From the NCBI GenBank assembly GCA_964016885.1, contig OZ024740.1, forward strand, positions 365,738,001-365,802,000: 64,000 nt of DNA. Reading direction: 5' to 3'. The stretch comes from Eledone cirrhosa. Lineage: Eukaryota. Positions 1 to 13,780 of the stretch are shown here, piece by piece. Made by a program: the position numbers and the translations under genes. A model generated the notes under the pieces. The model saw only the letters and a list, made by a program, of their open reading frames with translations, had not been told where the DNA came from and did no database searches. How positions within the stretch are numbered: position 1 is the stretch's first letter; each line of letters starts with the position of its first letter.

Positions 1-329
1 CAACCCCCTCGACTTCTTTGTGCGGGGCGGAGTGGAACGAGACACCAACAGATCTAGCTGCAATACGAAAGACGATCTGAAGGCCAGGATCACAAGTGCC
101 TTTAGGGGCCTAAGTCGGGGGACAGTGACGAAGGCCTGTAGCGGGTTCCAAGGCCGCCTTGAGGCCATCATCAAAGCCAATGGTGGGTTTATTGAGTGAG
201 ATCGAAAGAACAAGTCATGAAGACAAAGACAAACTGACCCAAGTTTGATAAATATATCTTAAAAAATAAAACTACTGTGTTATTTTTTCCTAGACAGTAA
301 TCTTGCAAACAAATATCGTCCGCACCCTG
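1..329 (+). mobile_element. 3' end of a Tc1/mariner (maT/DD37D-like) DNA transposon
   Basis: Frame 2..199 reads NPLDFFVRGGVERDTN...RLEAIIKANGGFIE*, matching the (SPDL)NPLD...GG.IE transposase C-terminus. The right end ...CGCACCCTG is followed by TA, i.e. a CAGGGTG-type TIR at a TA target. Confidence 0.85.
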
Positions 330-344
330 TATATATATGTATAT

Positions 345-390
<46 letters not shown>

Positions 391-1412
391 CTGTTAGACA
401 CGCAGTGACTAACAACAGAATGTTTTAAGTCTGCGTGTTCTGACATATAGGCGTAGCTTGTGAATAAAAAATTCAAGGGGTTTCGCTGGCCGTGGTGATC
501 CCTGCCAAACATCTTTTGTAATGTATCGTTTTATTGGCTAATTTCATCATCTTATTGGCTAATCAACCAATGAGAGTAGTTGTTGCTCAAAAGCCTCCGC
601 CACTTTGTTTGCACGTTTATTTATCGTTTCGCTTTTGAATCTTCTTCCTGTATTTCCTCGTTTAACAACAAAATATTTTTCTCGTTTTGGTAAGTAATAT
701 TGTTAATTTATATATGATTTTTAAAATTTATATTAACTATTTTTTTTTCAATTCGTTACAACATGCTTATAATATTGGTTGTATCATATTTACTTGTATA
801 TTTGTCCATATTATTGTTTGTTTTATGTTAGATTATTTTATTATTATTATGTTAGATTATTTTTTTTATTATTATGTTAGACTATTTGTATGTAATATTT
901 AATTTTTATTCAACTATAACAATTATTATGTAAAATATATTTATTTAATATTGATTGTTTTTTATACATCTTACAATAATATTTATAAGATCATTTATAA
1001 AATAACAATTATATAATCTAATTACATTACAACGATAATTTATTATTAATATATATCATGTTTAACTAGAGTTATTACAAGCGTTGCCTTAAAAAAATAT
1101 TAAACTAGGCTTGAAAAATGCGCAAGCTCAAAAGAGCCACAGAATGTTATAATAAACCTTCAAAAGTGTGGGACTAGAGTTGTTGCTCAAAAATATTGTA
1201 ATCATTACCTATCGTACACTCTGTGGTATCCTTTTATAAAAAGGAGACTCATAACAAATTCATGACGACACGATAATTATTGAAGTGAATTTATAATATA
1301 GAATTCGGTTTAAGTGCATTTCGTATTAATCATTACTAAACATCTAATATGAGATATTGAACATTAGCTTAAATAATTAATGTGTCGTCTTGAGTTCATT
1401 ATGAGTCTCTTT

Positions 1413-1610
1413 TTGAACAAAAGGGCAACGATGGTTGCTAAACACTGTACGGCTTAATTCGGGATGTTTGTTTACAAAGACACCGAGCATTATAATAAAT
1501 CTTCAGCAAATCCATACGTATATATATATATGTGTGTGCATGTATGTATATATATATACATACTACTGTACGTCTGTATACATATATGTATGTACGTATA
1601 CATACTTATA
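1413..1610 (+). repeat. PLE-type 3' tail, diverged copy of 3006-3200
   Basis: Direct repeat (gcaacg.tggttgcta.acact..acggcttaat.cgggatgtttgtttacaa...catactactgtac) ending in (AT)n. Confidence 0.6.
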
Positions 1611-1641
1611 TTTATATATATATATATATATATATACATAC

Positions 1642-2870
1642 ATGAGGACCAGAAACAGGAGGTGTTCAAGATTGCGAGGCAGTGTGTCAGAGAGAATTGT
1701 GATGTCATTGGAGAGAAGTGTATCCAGAATGATAAAGGTGAGCTTGCCCTCACAAGTGCTGAGAAGAAAGATGCATGGAAGAGCCATTATGATAGGTTAC
1801 TAAATGAGGAGAATGCATGGGAAGAAGAGACCCTACCCCAAGTAGACCCTATAGAGGGGCCAGTAGTACAAGTCAGCAGCAGCGTAGTAAGTAAGGCAAT
1901 CAAAGATATGAAGATGGGGAAGGCAACCAGTCCATCGGGTATAGCTGCCAAGATGCTGAAGGCATCTGGGTCTGTATGTCACACTATAACCACACGTATT
2001 GTTAACCAGGTAATACTAGAAGGTGTCATACCAAAAGATTGGTGCAGTAGCATCATTGTCAACTGCTACAAAGGTAAAGGTGATGCACTAGATAGAGGAA
2101 ACTATAGAGGTATAAAGCTGATGGACCAGATCATGAAAGTAACAGAAAGAGTTATAGCACAGTTGATTAGGGACCGGGTGAAAATAGACGAGATGCAATT
2201 TGGGTTTGTACCAGGAAGAGGCACCACTGATGCCCTCTTCCTTGTGAGGCAGCTACAGGAAAGTACCTAGCTAAAAGTAAGCCACTCTACTTGGCATTTG
2301 TCGACCTTGAGAAAGTCTTTGACAGAGTTCCACGTGCTGTAATCTGGTGGGCTCTGAGAAAACTAAGAGTAGATGAATGGCTTGTGAAAGCTGTACAAGC
2401 CATGTATAGGGGAGCAGTCAGCAAAGTTAGGATTAGCAATGAGTATAGCGAGGAATATAGCATACAGGTTGGTGTCCATCAGGGCTCTGTTCTTAGCCCC
2501 CTCCTGTTCATCATAGTCCTGCAGGCAATAACGGAGGAGTTTAAGACCGGATACTCATGGGAACTCCTGTATGCTGATGACCTCACACTTATAGCTTAAT
2601 CGATAGTATAACTAGAGAAGAAATTCCAAACTTGGAAGCAGGGACTAGAAAGAAAGGGTCTCAAAGTCAACATGACAAAGACTAAGGTCCTTGTAAGTAG
2701 ATGAGAAAACAGAACCCAGATCCCCACAGGGAAATGGCCTTGCTCAGTATGTAGGAAAGGTGTAGGTAGGAACTCCATTCTCTGCCCCAAATGCAAACAA
2801 TGGGTACACAAGAGATGTAGCAGGATCGCAGGAAGCTTAATTAAGAATGTAGGCTTCACATGCAGCACCT
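1642..2870 (+). pseudogene. RTE LINE RT fragment with frameshift and stops
   Basis: ORFs 1464..2270 and 2291..2599 give [54 protein letters not shown]. No RTE tail is present; the fragment runs directly into a PLE tail. Confidence 0.95.
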
Positions 2871-3193
2871 GTGATATGCAAATTGGGCTACTCAGCCGTT
2901 AATATGCATAAGGTAAGTATATACCTTCAACAATCTGGCAGGAAGGTATACGTTGCTGACGATAGCTAACAAGCTTGAAACTAGTACAGCGTTCCTTTGT
3001 CAGTGTTGAACAAACGAGCAACGGTGGTTGCTAGACACTACGGCTTAATACGGGATGTTTGTTTACAAGCACACCGAGCATTATAATAAATGTTCGGTGA
3101 ATCCATACGTGCATATATATATGTGTGCATGTATGTATATATATATACATACTACTGTACATCGGTATACATATATGTATGTACGTGTACATA

Positions 3194-3200
<7 letters not shown>
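2871..3200 (+). mobile_element. PLE 3' end (pLTR fragment) with hammerhead
   Basis: Contains the HHR at 2951-2991, shares its tail with 1413-1610, and ends in (AT)n. Confidence 0.7.
2951..2991 (+). ncRNA. Minimal type I hammerhead ribozyme
   Basis: cgttg-CTGACGA-tagctaacaagctt-GAAAC-ta-GTA-cagcg. Stems I and II pair; stem III is palindromic (ACTAGT). Confidence 0.85.
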
Positions 3201-3261
<61 letters not shown>

Positions 3262-3265
3262 CATA

Positions 3266-3792
3266 TCATCATCATCATCATCATCATCGTTTAACGTCCA
3301 TCTTCCACACTAGCATGGGTTAGACGGGAGTTGTCCCACTTGAGGCAAGGATGGTCGGGTGACCTGTCTCACTCGTATAGGACTATCTGGCAGGTTTTCT
3401 ACGGCTGGATGCCCTTCCTAACACCAACCACATTTACAGTGTGGAACTGGGAACTTTTTACCGTGTTACCTACATGGCCACATTACAGCGTGGACTGGGT
3501 GTTTTCTTTTTTTGTCGTGACACCTACACGAACTCGATCTCATTTTCTCGTGCTGTTGATGGGAGTGGGAGGATAGGGTAGGGGTAGTAGATTGGGGTGT
3601 ATATTTGGTTAAGAGGTGCCTACTGACTGTAGGTTTCGCTTTGTACATAGGCAAGGTGGGTCTTCTGTATTACTGCATAGCGCCAAAGATCTGGGTCCAG
3701 TGATATATATATTTTCTTAGAGAGATATAAGTGCGTGAGGTCGGAATTTATCAGATCATCCCAGGTTTTTCTGGGTCTACCTACTCCGTAAC
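3266..3792 (-). mobile_element. 5'-truncated RTE 3' end with (ATG)n tail
   Basis: Reverse complement of the RTE ORF end ([11 protein letters not shown]) plus the 3'UTR found on the longer RTE copies; (CAT)n on the plus strand. Confidence 0.9.
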
Positions 3793-3849
<57 letters not shown>

Positions 3850-3862
3850 TATGTATACATAT

Positions 3863-4880
3863 ATTTATTAAAATAACAGATTAAAGTTTAAGCAAAGAAT
3901 CGCTGCTTTCACCCTTAACGTGATCTTCTGAAACTAACAAAGTCAATCTGTAAACGCAGAACTGGATATTTCAAAAAACGTTGCAACCGGAGGAAGACAG
4001 GAAGACGATACTTTGGTTCGTGGAAATGTTCGCTGGCAAAGAACGGGAAAAAACGAATATAATACGTCATTAATAGGAGCAGTGAAAAACAATTGCGCGC
4101 AAAGACAGAACCACGTTTATGGTATAAAAGAGGTCGTAGACTAATGTTCTCTTAGGTGGTGCATAGAGATGTTCTCTGGCAATGAACGAAAAAACGAAGA
4201 TAATACGTCATATGTGGAGCGTGGAGAACAATAGCACGCAAAGACAAAACCACGTAAATGGTATAGCAGAAGTCGTAGACTAAAATTCTAGCAAGGAGAC
4301 CAAATGAATCACCGCTACAGAGTTAAGAACAAAGTAAATAAATACAATACAGAAGTAATAGAAATAAATAAATACATACACGCAAACAAATACGTACATA
4401 CACGAGCATACGCAAAAACTTACCATAGGTATACAAAACCCCGCACATATAAATATGTGTGTGTGTGTATGTGTGTATACAAATAAATAAATAATTATAT
4501 AAACATATATAGATAAATAAATACGTATATAACAAGCGCACACACATACCTACATATAAACACACGAATGTTCGGAGACGTAAGTCAACCAAAACATGAA
4601 GTACACATATACACACACCCGCCATACGTACGAACCTGCATACTCACACGGACGCAAAACTCCTGTATACACATAGCCAAACCATATGTACAAGAATATA
4701 TAAAATTATACGCCATACCAATCAAATATGCGTACGAGAAGGTATACGTACCTTCACAAAACATACGGGTAATATATACTTACCTATGCAAATAAGTAAA
4801 GGTATAAACAAAACATATACTTAGCTCCCACATCAAGACGTAAAATATCCACGTATAGATCGTACTATCCGTTAGGGTAC
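3863..4880 (-). mobile_element. Non-coding PLE-type 3' region with degenerate HHR (~3900-3935)
   Basis: Terminal ~60 bp are identical to the arms of the 13435-13558 hairpin. The minus strand reads cagaaga-tcacgttaagggt-gaaagc. An internal ~140-bp tandem duplication lies at 4030-4282. Confidence 0.55.
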
Positions 4881-4916
4881 ATATATATATATATACATAT
4901 ATATGTAAACATATAT

Positions 4917-5110
4917 CATCATCATCATCATCATTTTACGTCCGCTTTTCCCTGCTTGCAAGGGTGGGACGGGAACTGATTCTGGCTTGATTTCTACAGC
5001 TGGATGCCCCTCCTAACGCCAACCTCATTTACAGTGAGTGCTGGGTGCTTTTTTGCCGTGGCACCTCCACGACCACTTTGCAGTGGAATGATAGGGACCC
5101 CAGTCCCTAT
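4917..5110 (-). mobile_element. Truncated SINE with RTE-derived tail (family of 53560-53894)
   Basis: Matches 53565-53748 and 21165-21345. Confidence 0.8.
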
Positions 5111-5379
5111 AAAGAGAGAGATGGAGATAGGAGAGGAGAAGAGAGATTGGTGAATTAGTTAGAAGCCAAAGCGTAAAGGCATGTTCTCAATGTGCAATAT
5201 GCAGTGGAAGGCAGCTAGGTGGCTGGGTTCATGCAGATGTTAGGTTCACAGAGCTGGAAATATTCATTAGTCAAGCAAAACAAGACCACAAATTTCACAA
5301 GGAAGACATTATTAAAAGATTGTCAACATAGTTTTAGTTTAATGTAAGGAATGTAAAGAATAATAATAATACTAATAAT

Positions 5380-5563
5380 TGTTTCCACTTTTGGCACAAG
5401 GCCATCAATTACCTATACATTACTGGTACTTTATTTTATCGACCCCGTAAGGATGAAAGGCAAAGTTAACCTCGGCGGGATTTGAACTCAGACCGTAAAG
5501 GGACGTAACTATGCTGGAAAGCATGGCGTCTGACCGTCTACCGATACTGCCAATCCACCGCCC
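5380..5563 (-). mobile_element. tRNA-derived SINE nested in the PLE pLTR, 16-bp TSD
   Basis: Minus strand ggcggtggattggcagtatcggtag...gagttcaaatccc...gcctttcatcct..ggggtcgataaa. TAATAATACTAATAAT is duplicated at 5364-5379 and 5564-5579, and the SINE is absent from the inverted copy. Confidence 0.9.
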
Positions 5564-5583
5564 TAATAATACTAATAATGTCC

Positions 5584-5699
5584 GTTTACAATTGTTTCGC
5601 TACTCCATATAATGTTTCTGGATCAAATGATAGATCATTATTGATCTGGTTCAGTTGAAGATAATTAACTTGGGTAAAATTGGAGCAGTTCATCGGAAC
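5584..5699 (-). ncRNA. Type I hammerhead with long stem II and CCGAUGA core variant
   Basis: gtt-CCGATGA-actgctcca...tggagtagc-GAAAC-aatt-GTA-aac. Confidence 0.7.
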
Positions 5700-7591
5700 T
5701 TCAAAAGGAATATAAATTAAGGTAAAAAAAGATGGTTACGTGAATGTAATGTTCCATATATTGTTATTTCACTATGGTGTCCTGGGTATATCTATTGTCT
5801 GCCATAGGCGAGCAATATTCTTCTGTCGAGGCTGCATTATGTGAGATCTGCCTATGGGTAACAAGATAGCTACCAAAGGACATATTTATCTTACTAATTA
5901 GAGGGTGGTTTCAGGGGAAGTAACTCCTCGAGAAATTAGAAATTGTGGGTAGTTTATAGTTAAGTGCTAATGATTTTAAGTGAGAGATAATGTAAGGGAG
6001 GTAACTTATAATTATCTAAGTTAGCTATAACTATTTAACTTATTAGCTATAAGCAAAAATGGGAATAGATGACTACGTTGGGTCAAATATTCTGTTGGCG
6101 AAGGAATTAGCCCTTCGATGTTGACAGCAAATAGTTACCTCCATTCTCGGTAGAGGTTGTGATAGAGTTATGTAATATGCTTTGGTAAGACAGAGATCAC
6201 AAGAGTTTCTTTGTCCATTGAACGGTTAGGCTCTAGCCAAGATATCCCATGTTAGTGAGTATTCAATGTTGGTTAATTTAAGGTTTTTAATGAGCCTAGC
6301 TAGAGATGTCGAACATCTATTGCTAGGGTCTCGGAAGGAAAAAGAGTGCGCATTATAGCGTACCTTAAAAGGGTTAGAGGTAGAGCCAATATAGGAGCTG
6401 GTATGCGATGCTGTTTTAACTGTGCAGCTATAAACTATATTGGGTGTAAAGCATTTTCCATTTATTGGGCATGCATTAGGGTAACGGCAGTTGCAGTTAC
6501 TGCTGCGGTTAGTGAGAGTAGGGTTGTTTAAACAATGCGGTTGGTGCACGCTAGAAGGATTAGAGGGGGTAGGTATGCTACTGGAGTAAGTATTGGTGTA
6601 GTGGCGTGGTGTATTTGAGGGGGGGGGGGTACCGCGGTGTGGGAGTTATAGTGTCTTAGTTTATGATGGTTACTGAATGCGATGTGGCTAGCTAGGTTAG
6701 GTGTTGTGGAGAGTGAGATTTTAATGTTGTTTTTATTAAAGAGTTTGTAATATCTATGGGGGGGGGTGTTTAGATAGGATAGAGAAGAAGCGTTTAGGGA
6801 TATTAGTGGCTAAGTTAGATGAGAATGGGGGATTAAGCCATGTGATGTTTCTAGGCCTATTCCTTTTAGGGGTTCTAGTGGAGTTGGCAGGGGCATTCAT
6901 AGGGATATTATTACCTGGGCATTTGTTATTTGTCATCCCATTGCTCATTCCTATTCTAGGGTTGATTTTGAGTCGGCTACTTGGAGTGGGAAGCAGGCCA
7001 CTGCCACCATTAAGGTTCCCTGTATAGGTGCTGTTACTGCTAACATTCTGGCGAATCTGGCTATATGCTAAGGTATTTCTAGTTCTATTGTTAAGTTTAT
7101 TATGGTTGTGGTGAAGTGCTGTTTATGGCATTTAGGTATGTAGTAAATGGACTGTTCATAACCAGATTCAGAAAGAGCCTTATTATAATATGCCGCATGG
7201 TTTATAAGTATCTCCTCATTTGTGGATAGCATGGAGATCCGATACGAGATAGATTTGATTACTGCTCTGGTGACTGCCGGTGGGTGGTTAGAATGAGGGC
7301 TAATATATGTAAATATTTCACCTGGTTTATGATAAGGGTAATATAAGTTATTGTTAAAATCTAGGGTAACGTCCAGGAAGTTAATTATCTTCAACTGAAC
7401 CAAATCAATAATGATCTATAATCATTTGATCCAGAAACATTATATGGAGTAGTGAAACAAATGTAAACGGACATTATTAGTCTTATTATTATTATTATTT
7501 ACATTCCTTACATTAAACTAAAACTATGTTGACAATCTTTTAATAATGTCTTCCTTGTGAAATTTGTGGTCTTGTTTTGCTTAACTAATGA

Positions 7592-7700
<109 letters not shown>

Positions 7701-8349
7701 ATTAGAAATAAGATGGATCATATGTTGTTTACTCGAGAGAAGACTACTTGGTATGGTCACGTGATGCGCATGAAAGACGACAGCTGTATAAAAAAGTGCA
7801 GGGCAATAAAAATAGACGGTAGCCACGGAGTAGGCAGACCCAGAAAAACCTGGGACGACTTGATAAATTCCGACCTCACACACTTACACCTCTCCAAGAC
7901 AATGTCACTGGACCGAGAGCTTTGGCGCTACACAGTAATAGAGAAGACCCGCCTTACCTAAGTACAAAGTGAAACCTACTACAGTCAGTAGGCACCTCTA
8001 ACAAAATACACCCCGTCCCAGTACCCCCACCCCATTCACACCACCCCTTCAATGTAAAGTTATGTTGGTGTCACAACATTCAGCCCGAAACAAATGAGGT
8101 CGTGTAGGTATCACGACAAAAAAACACACAGTCCATGCTGTAATGTGGCCGTGTAGGCAACACGGTAAAAACCTCCCAGTTCCACTGTAAATGTGGTTGG
8201 TATTAGGAAGGGCATCCAGCCGTAGAAAACACGCCAGACAGTCCTATGCGAGCAAGACAACCACTCTTGCCTCAAGTGGGAAAACCCCCGTCCAAACCCA
8301 TGCAAGCATGGAATATGGACGTTAAACGATGATGATGATGATGATGATG

Positions 8350-8350
<1 letters not shown>
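7701..8350 (+). mobile_element. 5'-truncated RTE (family A) 3' end
   Basis: [11 protein letters not shown]...GRPRKTW, 3'UTR and (GAT)n tail, flanked by (AT)n. Confidence 0.95.
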
Positions 8351-8425
<75 letters not shown>

Positions 8426-8426
<1 letters not shown>

Positions 8427-9736
8427 CTAGAGAAGAAATTCCAAACATGGAAGCACGGCCTAGAATCAAAAGGCCTTAAAATTAACCTGGCTAAGACTAA
8501 AGTTCTAGTTGTAAGAAAGAAAATAAGGCGGCGGTCCCCTCCGGGAAGTGGCCATGCGCAGAGTGTAGGAAAGGCGTAGGTAGAAATTCCATTTTGTGTC
8601 CCAAATGCAAAGTTTGGGTTCATAAAAGATGTAGTGGGATCACAGGTAAGCTAACTAAGAACATAGATTTTACATGTGGCCGGTGTTCTGCGGCAATAAG
8701 TAGCAGCAAGTGCCCACAAAATACTAGCTCTTTCAACTGCGCAGAGGGTTCTATAGAAATAGTGGACAGCTTCCGTTACCTGGGTGACAAAATCAGCAGT
8801 GGGGGAGGGTGCTCTGAAAGTACAGTAGCTAGAGTCAGAACTGGGTGGAAAAAGTTCAGAGAGCTTATACCACTATTAGCCGCTAAAGGGTTCTCCCTAA
8901 AAATGAAAGGCAGGTTGTACGATGCCTGCATACGAACAGCAATGTTGCATGGCAGTGAGACCTGGGCATTGTGTGCAGAGGATATACGCAGACTAGAGAG
9001 AAACGAAGCTTGCATGCTCCGCTGGATGTGTAATAGTAATATACGTGAACGACAAAGCATAAACGAACTAAGGAAAAAATTAGAAATAAGAGGGATCAGA
9101 TGTTGTTTACTAGAGAGAAGGTTACGTTGGTATGGTCACGTGATGCGCATGAAGGACGATAGCTGTAAAACAAAGTGCAGGGCAATAAATATAGACGGTA
9201 GCCACGGAATAGGCAGACCCAGAAAAAACCTGGGACGAGCTGATAAACTCCGACCTCACACACTTACACCTCACCAAGACAATGTCACTGGACCGAGACC
9301 TTTGGCGGTACTCAGTAATAGAGAAGACCCGCCTTACCTAAATACAAAGTAAAACCTACTACAGTCAGTAGGCATCTCTAACAAAATACACCCCCGTCCC
9401 ACCACCTCCACCCCATCCACCCCCCCCCCCCTTCTATGTAAAGTTATGTTGGTGCCACACCATCCAGGCCGAAACAAATGAGATCGTGTAGGTGTCACGA
9501 CAAAAAAACACACAGTCCACGCTGTAATGTGGCCGTGTAGGCAACACGGTAAAAACCTCCCAGGCCCACACTGTAAATGTGGTTGGTGTTAGGAAGGGCA
9601 TCCAACTGTAGAAAACCTGCCAGACAGTCCTATGCGAGCAAGACAATCACTCTTGCCTCAAGTGGGAAACCCCCGTCCAAACCCATGCAAGCGTGGAACA
9701 CGGACGTTAAACGTTGATGATGATGATGATGATGAT
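8426..9736 (+). mobile_element. 5'-truncated RTE (family A)
   Basis: ORF 8594..9352 (PHD-like finger, [20 protein letters not shown]), 3'UTR and (GAT)n tail. Confidence 0.95.
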
Positions 9737-9767
9737 ATATATATATATATACATATATATATACATA

Positions 9768-12524
9768 TTTATTGCTGGCGACCTAAATGGTCACGTTGGA
9801 CAACATTGTGACGGCTATGACGGAATCCATGGAGGGTATGGGTTTGGTACTAGAAATGAGGAAGGCTCCAGAATCCTGGAATTCTGTGACGCAAATAACC
9901 TAACTATCTGTAACACTAACTTCAAAAAACGTAACAATCACCTGATCACCTACAGATCCGGGGAACACACAAACCAGGTAGATTATATCCTTACCAGAAG
10001 ACATGACAGAGTGTCTGTTGTAAACACTAAATCCCTCCCCCATGAAGAATGCACCTCTCAACATAGACTCATAATTAGCGACCTCATAGTCAGGACGAGA
10101 CGTACTCGACAACAGAAGAGGACTATCCTCAGGAGAAAAATATGGAAGCTAAAGAACCCCACAGCCAGTAATAAATTTAAAAGCATATTACTTGATGCTT
10201 TCGACAGTAAGGAAGAGCAATTAGAGTCGTACAATATAGAGGGACAGTGGGAATTCCTGAAAGCAAACCTGCTGATGGCGACAGATGAAGTCTGTAGCTG
10301 GAGCAGGCCTATAGGCAGGAGGAGAGTAACATGGTGGTGGAACAGTAAGGTGGAGGAGTCAATTAAGTCCAAAAAGCAGGCTTGGAAAGTATGGCGGGAT
10401 GGGGGAAGTAGAGAAGACTATCAAGTGGCCAGGAGGGAAGCTAGGAGACAAGTGTACTTCGCAAGAAGGGAAGCAGAGGAAAGAAAGTTCAAGCATGTTC
10501 TACAACGCGAGGACCAAAAACGTGAGGTGTTCAGGATTGCTAAGCAATGTGTCAAGGAAAACCGTGATATTGTCGGGGAGAAGTGTGTCCTTAATGATGA
10601 TGGTGTACTTGCCATCACTGACGCTGATAAGAAGGTAGCTTGGAAGTGTCACTACGAAAGGCTACTAAATGAGGAGAATAAATGGGAGAAAGACAGTCCC
10701 CCCCACATCGATCCAATAGAGGGACCAGCAGTGTTAGTTGAACGTAGTATAATAAGTAAGCCAATCAAAGATATGAAGACTGGTAAGGCAGCTGGGCCTT
10801 CGGAAATAGTTGCTGAAATGCTGAAAGCTTCTGGAATGGTGGGACACACTATGGTCACCTGGATAGTAAACCAAGTCATACAGAATGGGGTTGTTCCGAA
10901 AGACTGGCGTAACAGCATCATCATTAACTGCTACAAGGGTAAAGGAGATGCCCTAGATAGGGGTAACTATAGAAGCATTAAATTAATTGAGCAGGTCATG
11001 AGGGTCGCAGAAAAAGTAATAGCGCAACTAATCAGAGAGCGAATTGATCTAGATGAAATGCAGTTCGGGTTTGTGTCAGGAAAAAGTACCACAGACGCTC
11101 TTTTCATTGTACGACAACTACAGGAGAAGTATCTAGCTAAAAGTAAACCCCTATACTTAGCTTTTGTCGACTTGGAGAAAGCCTTTGGCAGAGTCCCCCG
11201 CTCCATTAACAATGAATATAGTGAAGAGTTTAGCGTAAAAGTTGGTGTTCTTCAGGGCTCCGTTCTTAACCCCCTACTATTTATTTCTTGCCCTTCAGGC
11301 TATAACAGAGGAGTTCAAGACCAGCTGCCCATGGGAACTCCTATACGCAGATGATCTAACGCTCATAGCTGAATCAATGGCTGAACTAGAGAAGAAATTC
11401 CAAACATGGAAGCATGGCCTAGAATCAAAAGGCCTTAAAATTACCCTGTCTAAGACTAAAGTTCTAGTTTGTAGGAAGGAAAATAGGGCACCGGTCCCAT
11501 CCGGGAAATGGCCATCCTGAGTGTGTAGAAAAGGAGTAGGCAGAAACTCCATTTTATGTCCCAAATGCAAAGTATGGGTGCATAAAAGATATAGTGGGAT
11601 CACAGGTAAGCTAACTAAGAATATAGATTTTATATGTGGCCGGTGCGCTTGTACAATAAGTAGCAGCAAATGCCCACAGAATACTAGCTCATTCCATTGC
11701 ACAGATGGTTCTATAGAAATAGTGGACACCTTCCGTTACTTGGGTGACAAAATCAGCAGTGGTGAAGGGTGCTCTGAAAGTACAGTAGCTAGAGTCAGAA
11801 CGGGATGGAAAAAGTTCAGAGAGCTTATACCACTATTGGCCGCTAAAGGGTTCTCTCTAAAAATGAAAGGCAGGCTGTATGATGCCTGCATATGAACAGC
11901 AATGTTACATGGCAGTGAGACCTGGGCATTGCGTGCAGAGAATATACGCAGACTGGTGAGAAACGAAGCTTGCATGCTCCACTGGATGTGTAATAGTAAT
12001 ATACGTGAACGGCAAAGCATAAACGAACTAAGGGAGAAATTAGGAATAAGAGGGATCAGATGTTGTTTACTCGAGAGAAGACTACGTTGGTACAGTCACG
12101 TTATGGTACAGTCACAACATCCAGTCCGAAACAAATGAGGTCGTGTAGGTGTCACAACAAAAAAACACACAGTCCACGCTGTAATGTGGCCGTGTAGGTA
12201 ACACGGTAAAAACCTCCCAGTCCACACTGTAAACATGGTTGGTGTTGGGAAGGGCACCCAGCCGTAGAAAACCCGCCAGACTTGTAGGTGTCACGACAAA
12301 AAAACACAGTCCACGCTGTAATGTGGCCGTGTAGGTAACACAGTAAAAACCTCCCAGTCCACACTGTAAATGTGGTTGGTGTTAGGAAGGGCATCCAGCC
12401 ATAGAAAACTCGCCAGACAGTGCTATACGAGCAGGACAACCAATCTTGCCTCAAATGGGAAAACTCCCGTCCAAATCCATGCAAGCGTGGAAGATGGACG
12501 TTAAACGATGATGATGATGATGAT
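9768..12524 (+). mobile_element. RTE (family A), EN-RT pseudogene with internal deletions
   Basis: GDLNGHVG..QVDYIL..SQHR (APE endonuclease) and RT motifs, with frameshifts and stops; duplicated 3'UTR module; (GAT)n tail. Confidence 0.95.
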
Positions 12525-12545
12525 ATATATATATATACATATACA

Positions 12546-13012
12546 TCATCATCATCATCATCTTCGTTTAACGTCCACTTTCCATGCTAGCATGGGTTAG
12601 ACGGTAGTTGTCCCACTTGAGGCAAGGTTTGGTCGGGTGACCATGTCTTGCTCATATAGGTCTATCTGGCAGGTTTTCTACGGTTGGATGCCCTTCCTAA
12701 CACCAACCACATTTACAGTGTGGAACTGGGAACTTTTTACCGTGTTACCTACACGGCCACATTACAGCGTGGACTGTGTGTTTTTTTATCGTGAATCCTA
12801 CACTCATTTATCTCATTTATTTGGACTGGATGTTGTGGTACCAACTTTATAGAGAGAGAGTGTGTTGGTGGGAGTGGGAGGATAGGGTAGGGGTAGTGGA
12901 TTGGGGTGTATATTTGGTTAAGAGATGCCTACTGACTGTAGGTTTCGCTTTGTACATAGGCAAGGCGGGTCTTCTGTATTACTGCGTAGCGCCAAAGATC
13001 TGGGTCCAGTGA
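12546..13012 (-). mobile_element. RTE 3' end (subfamily of 3266-3703)
   Basis: Near-identical to 3266-3703 and 61306-61666. Confidence 0.9.
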
Positions 13013-13151
13013 TATATATATACATATATATATATATTTTCCTTTTGATGTTTTATTGTTTTCCGGGATTTATTTTAACCTACATTTTCAACATATGGAT
13101 TACATTGAGTTCTTCATGCAGACTAGACCCCCACAACTAACTGTAGATATT

Positions 13152-13203
<52 letters not shown>

Positions 13204-13386
13204 TTAGTACAGCATTAACAAAGCTTTAGAACACGGCCAAACTAACGAATGCAGAATCGGTCTGTAGCTTTAGCACTCAGATGGGGAAAAGAACCCCAGA
13301 GTAATAACAATACGTTCAAACAGCTTAGCAAATCAGATATAGCAGTCGGCATATATACATATATACATAAATATATATATATATAC

Positions 13387-13434
<48 letters not shown>

Positions 13435-13436
<2 letters not shown>

Positions 13437-13558
13437 TTATTAAAATAACAGATTAAAGTTTAAGCAAAGAATCGCTGCTTTCACCCTTAACGGAAGATCC
13501 CGTTAAGGGTGAAAGCAGCGATTCTTTGCTTAAACTTTAATCTGTTATTTTAATAAAT
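13435..13558. repeat. Perfect fold-back hairpin of a PLE 3' end
   Basis: ~57-bp arms. The turn lies in an HHR remnant (gaaga-tcccgttaagggt-gaaa). About 90 bp of extra sequence follows on the right. Confidence 0.9.
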
Positions 13559-13704
13559 ATTTGCTCTACGGTTCTTATATATTTGATATATATTTATCCT
13601 TATCGAGCCCTCTTTGGATTTTAGTCTTCAAATTTATTATTATTACTATATATATATATATATATATATATACATACATAAATATATATATATATATATA
13701 TACA

Positions 13705-13773
<69 letters not shown>

Positions 13774-13780
13774 CATATAT

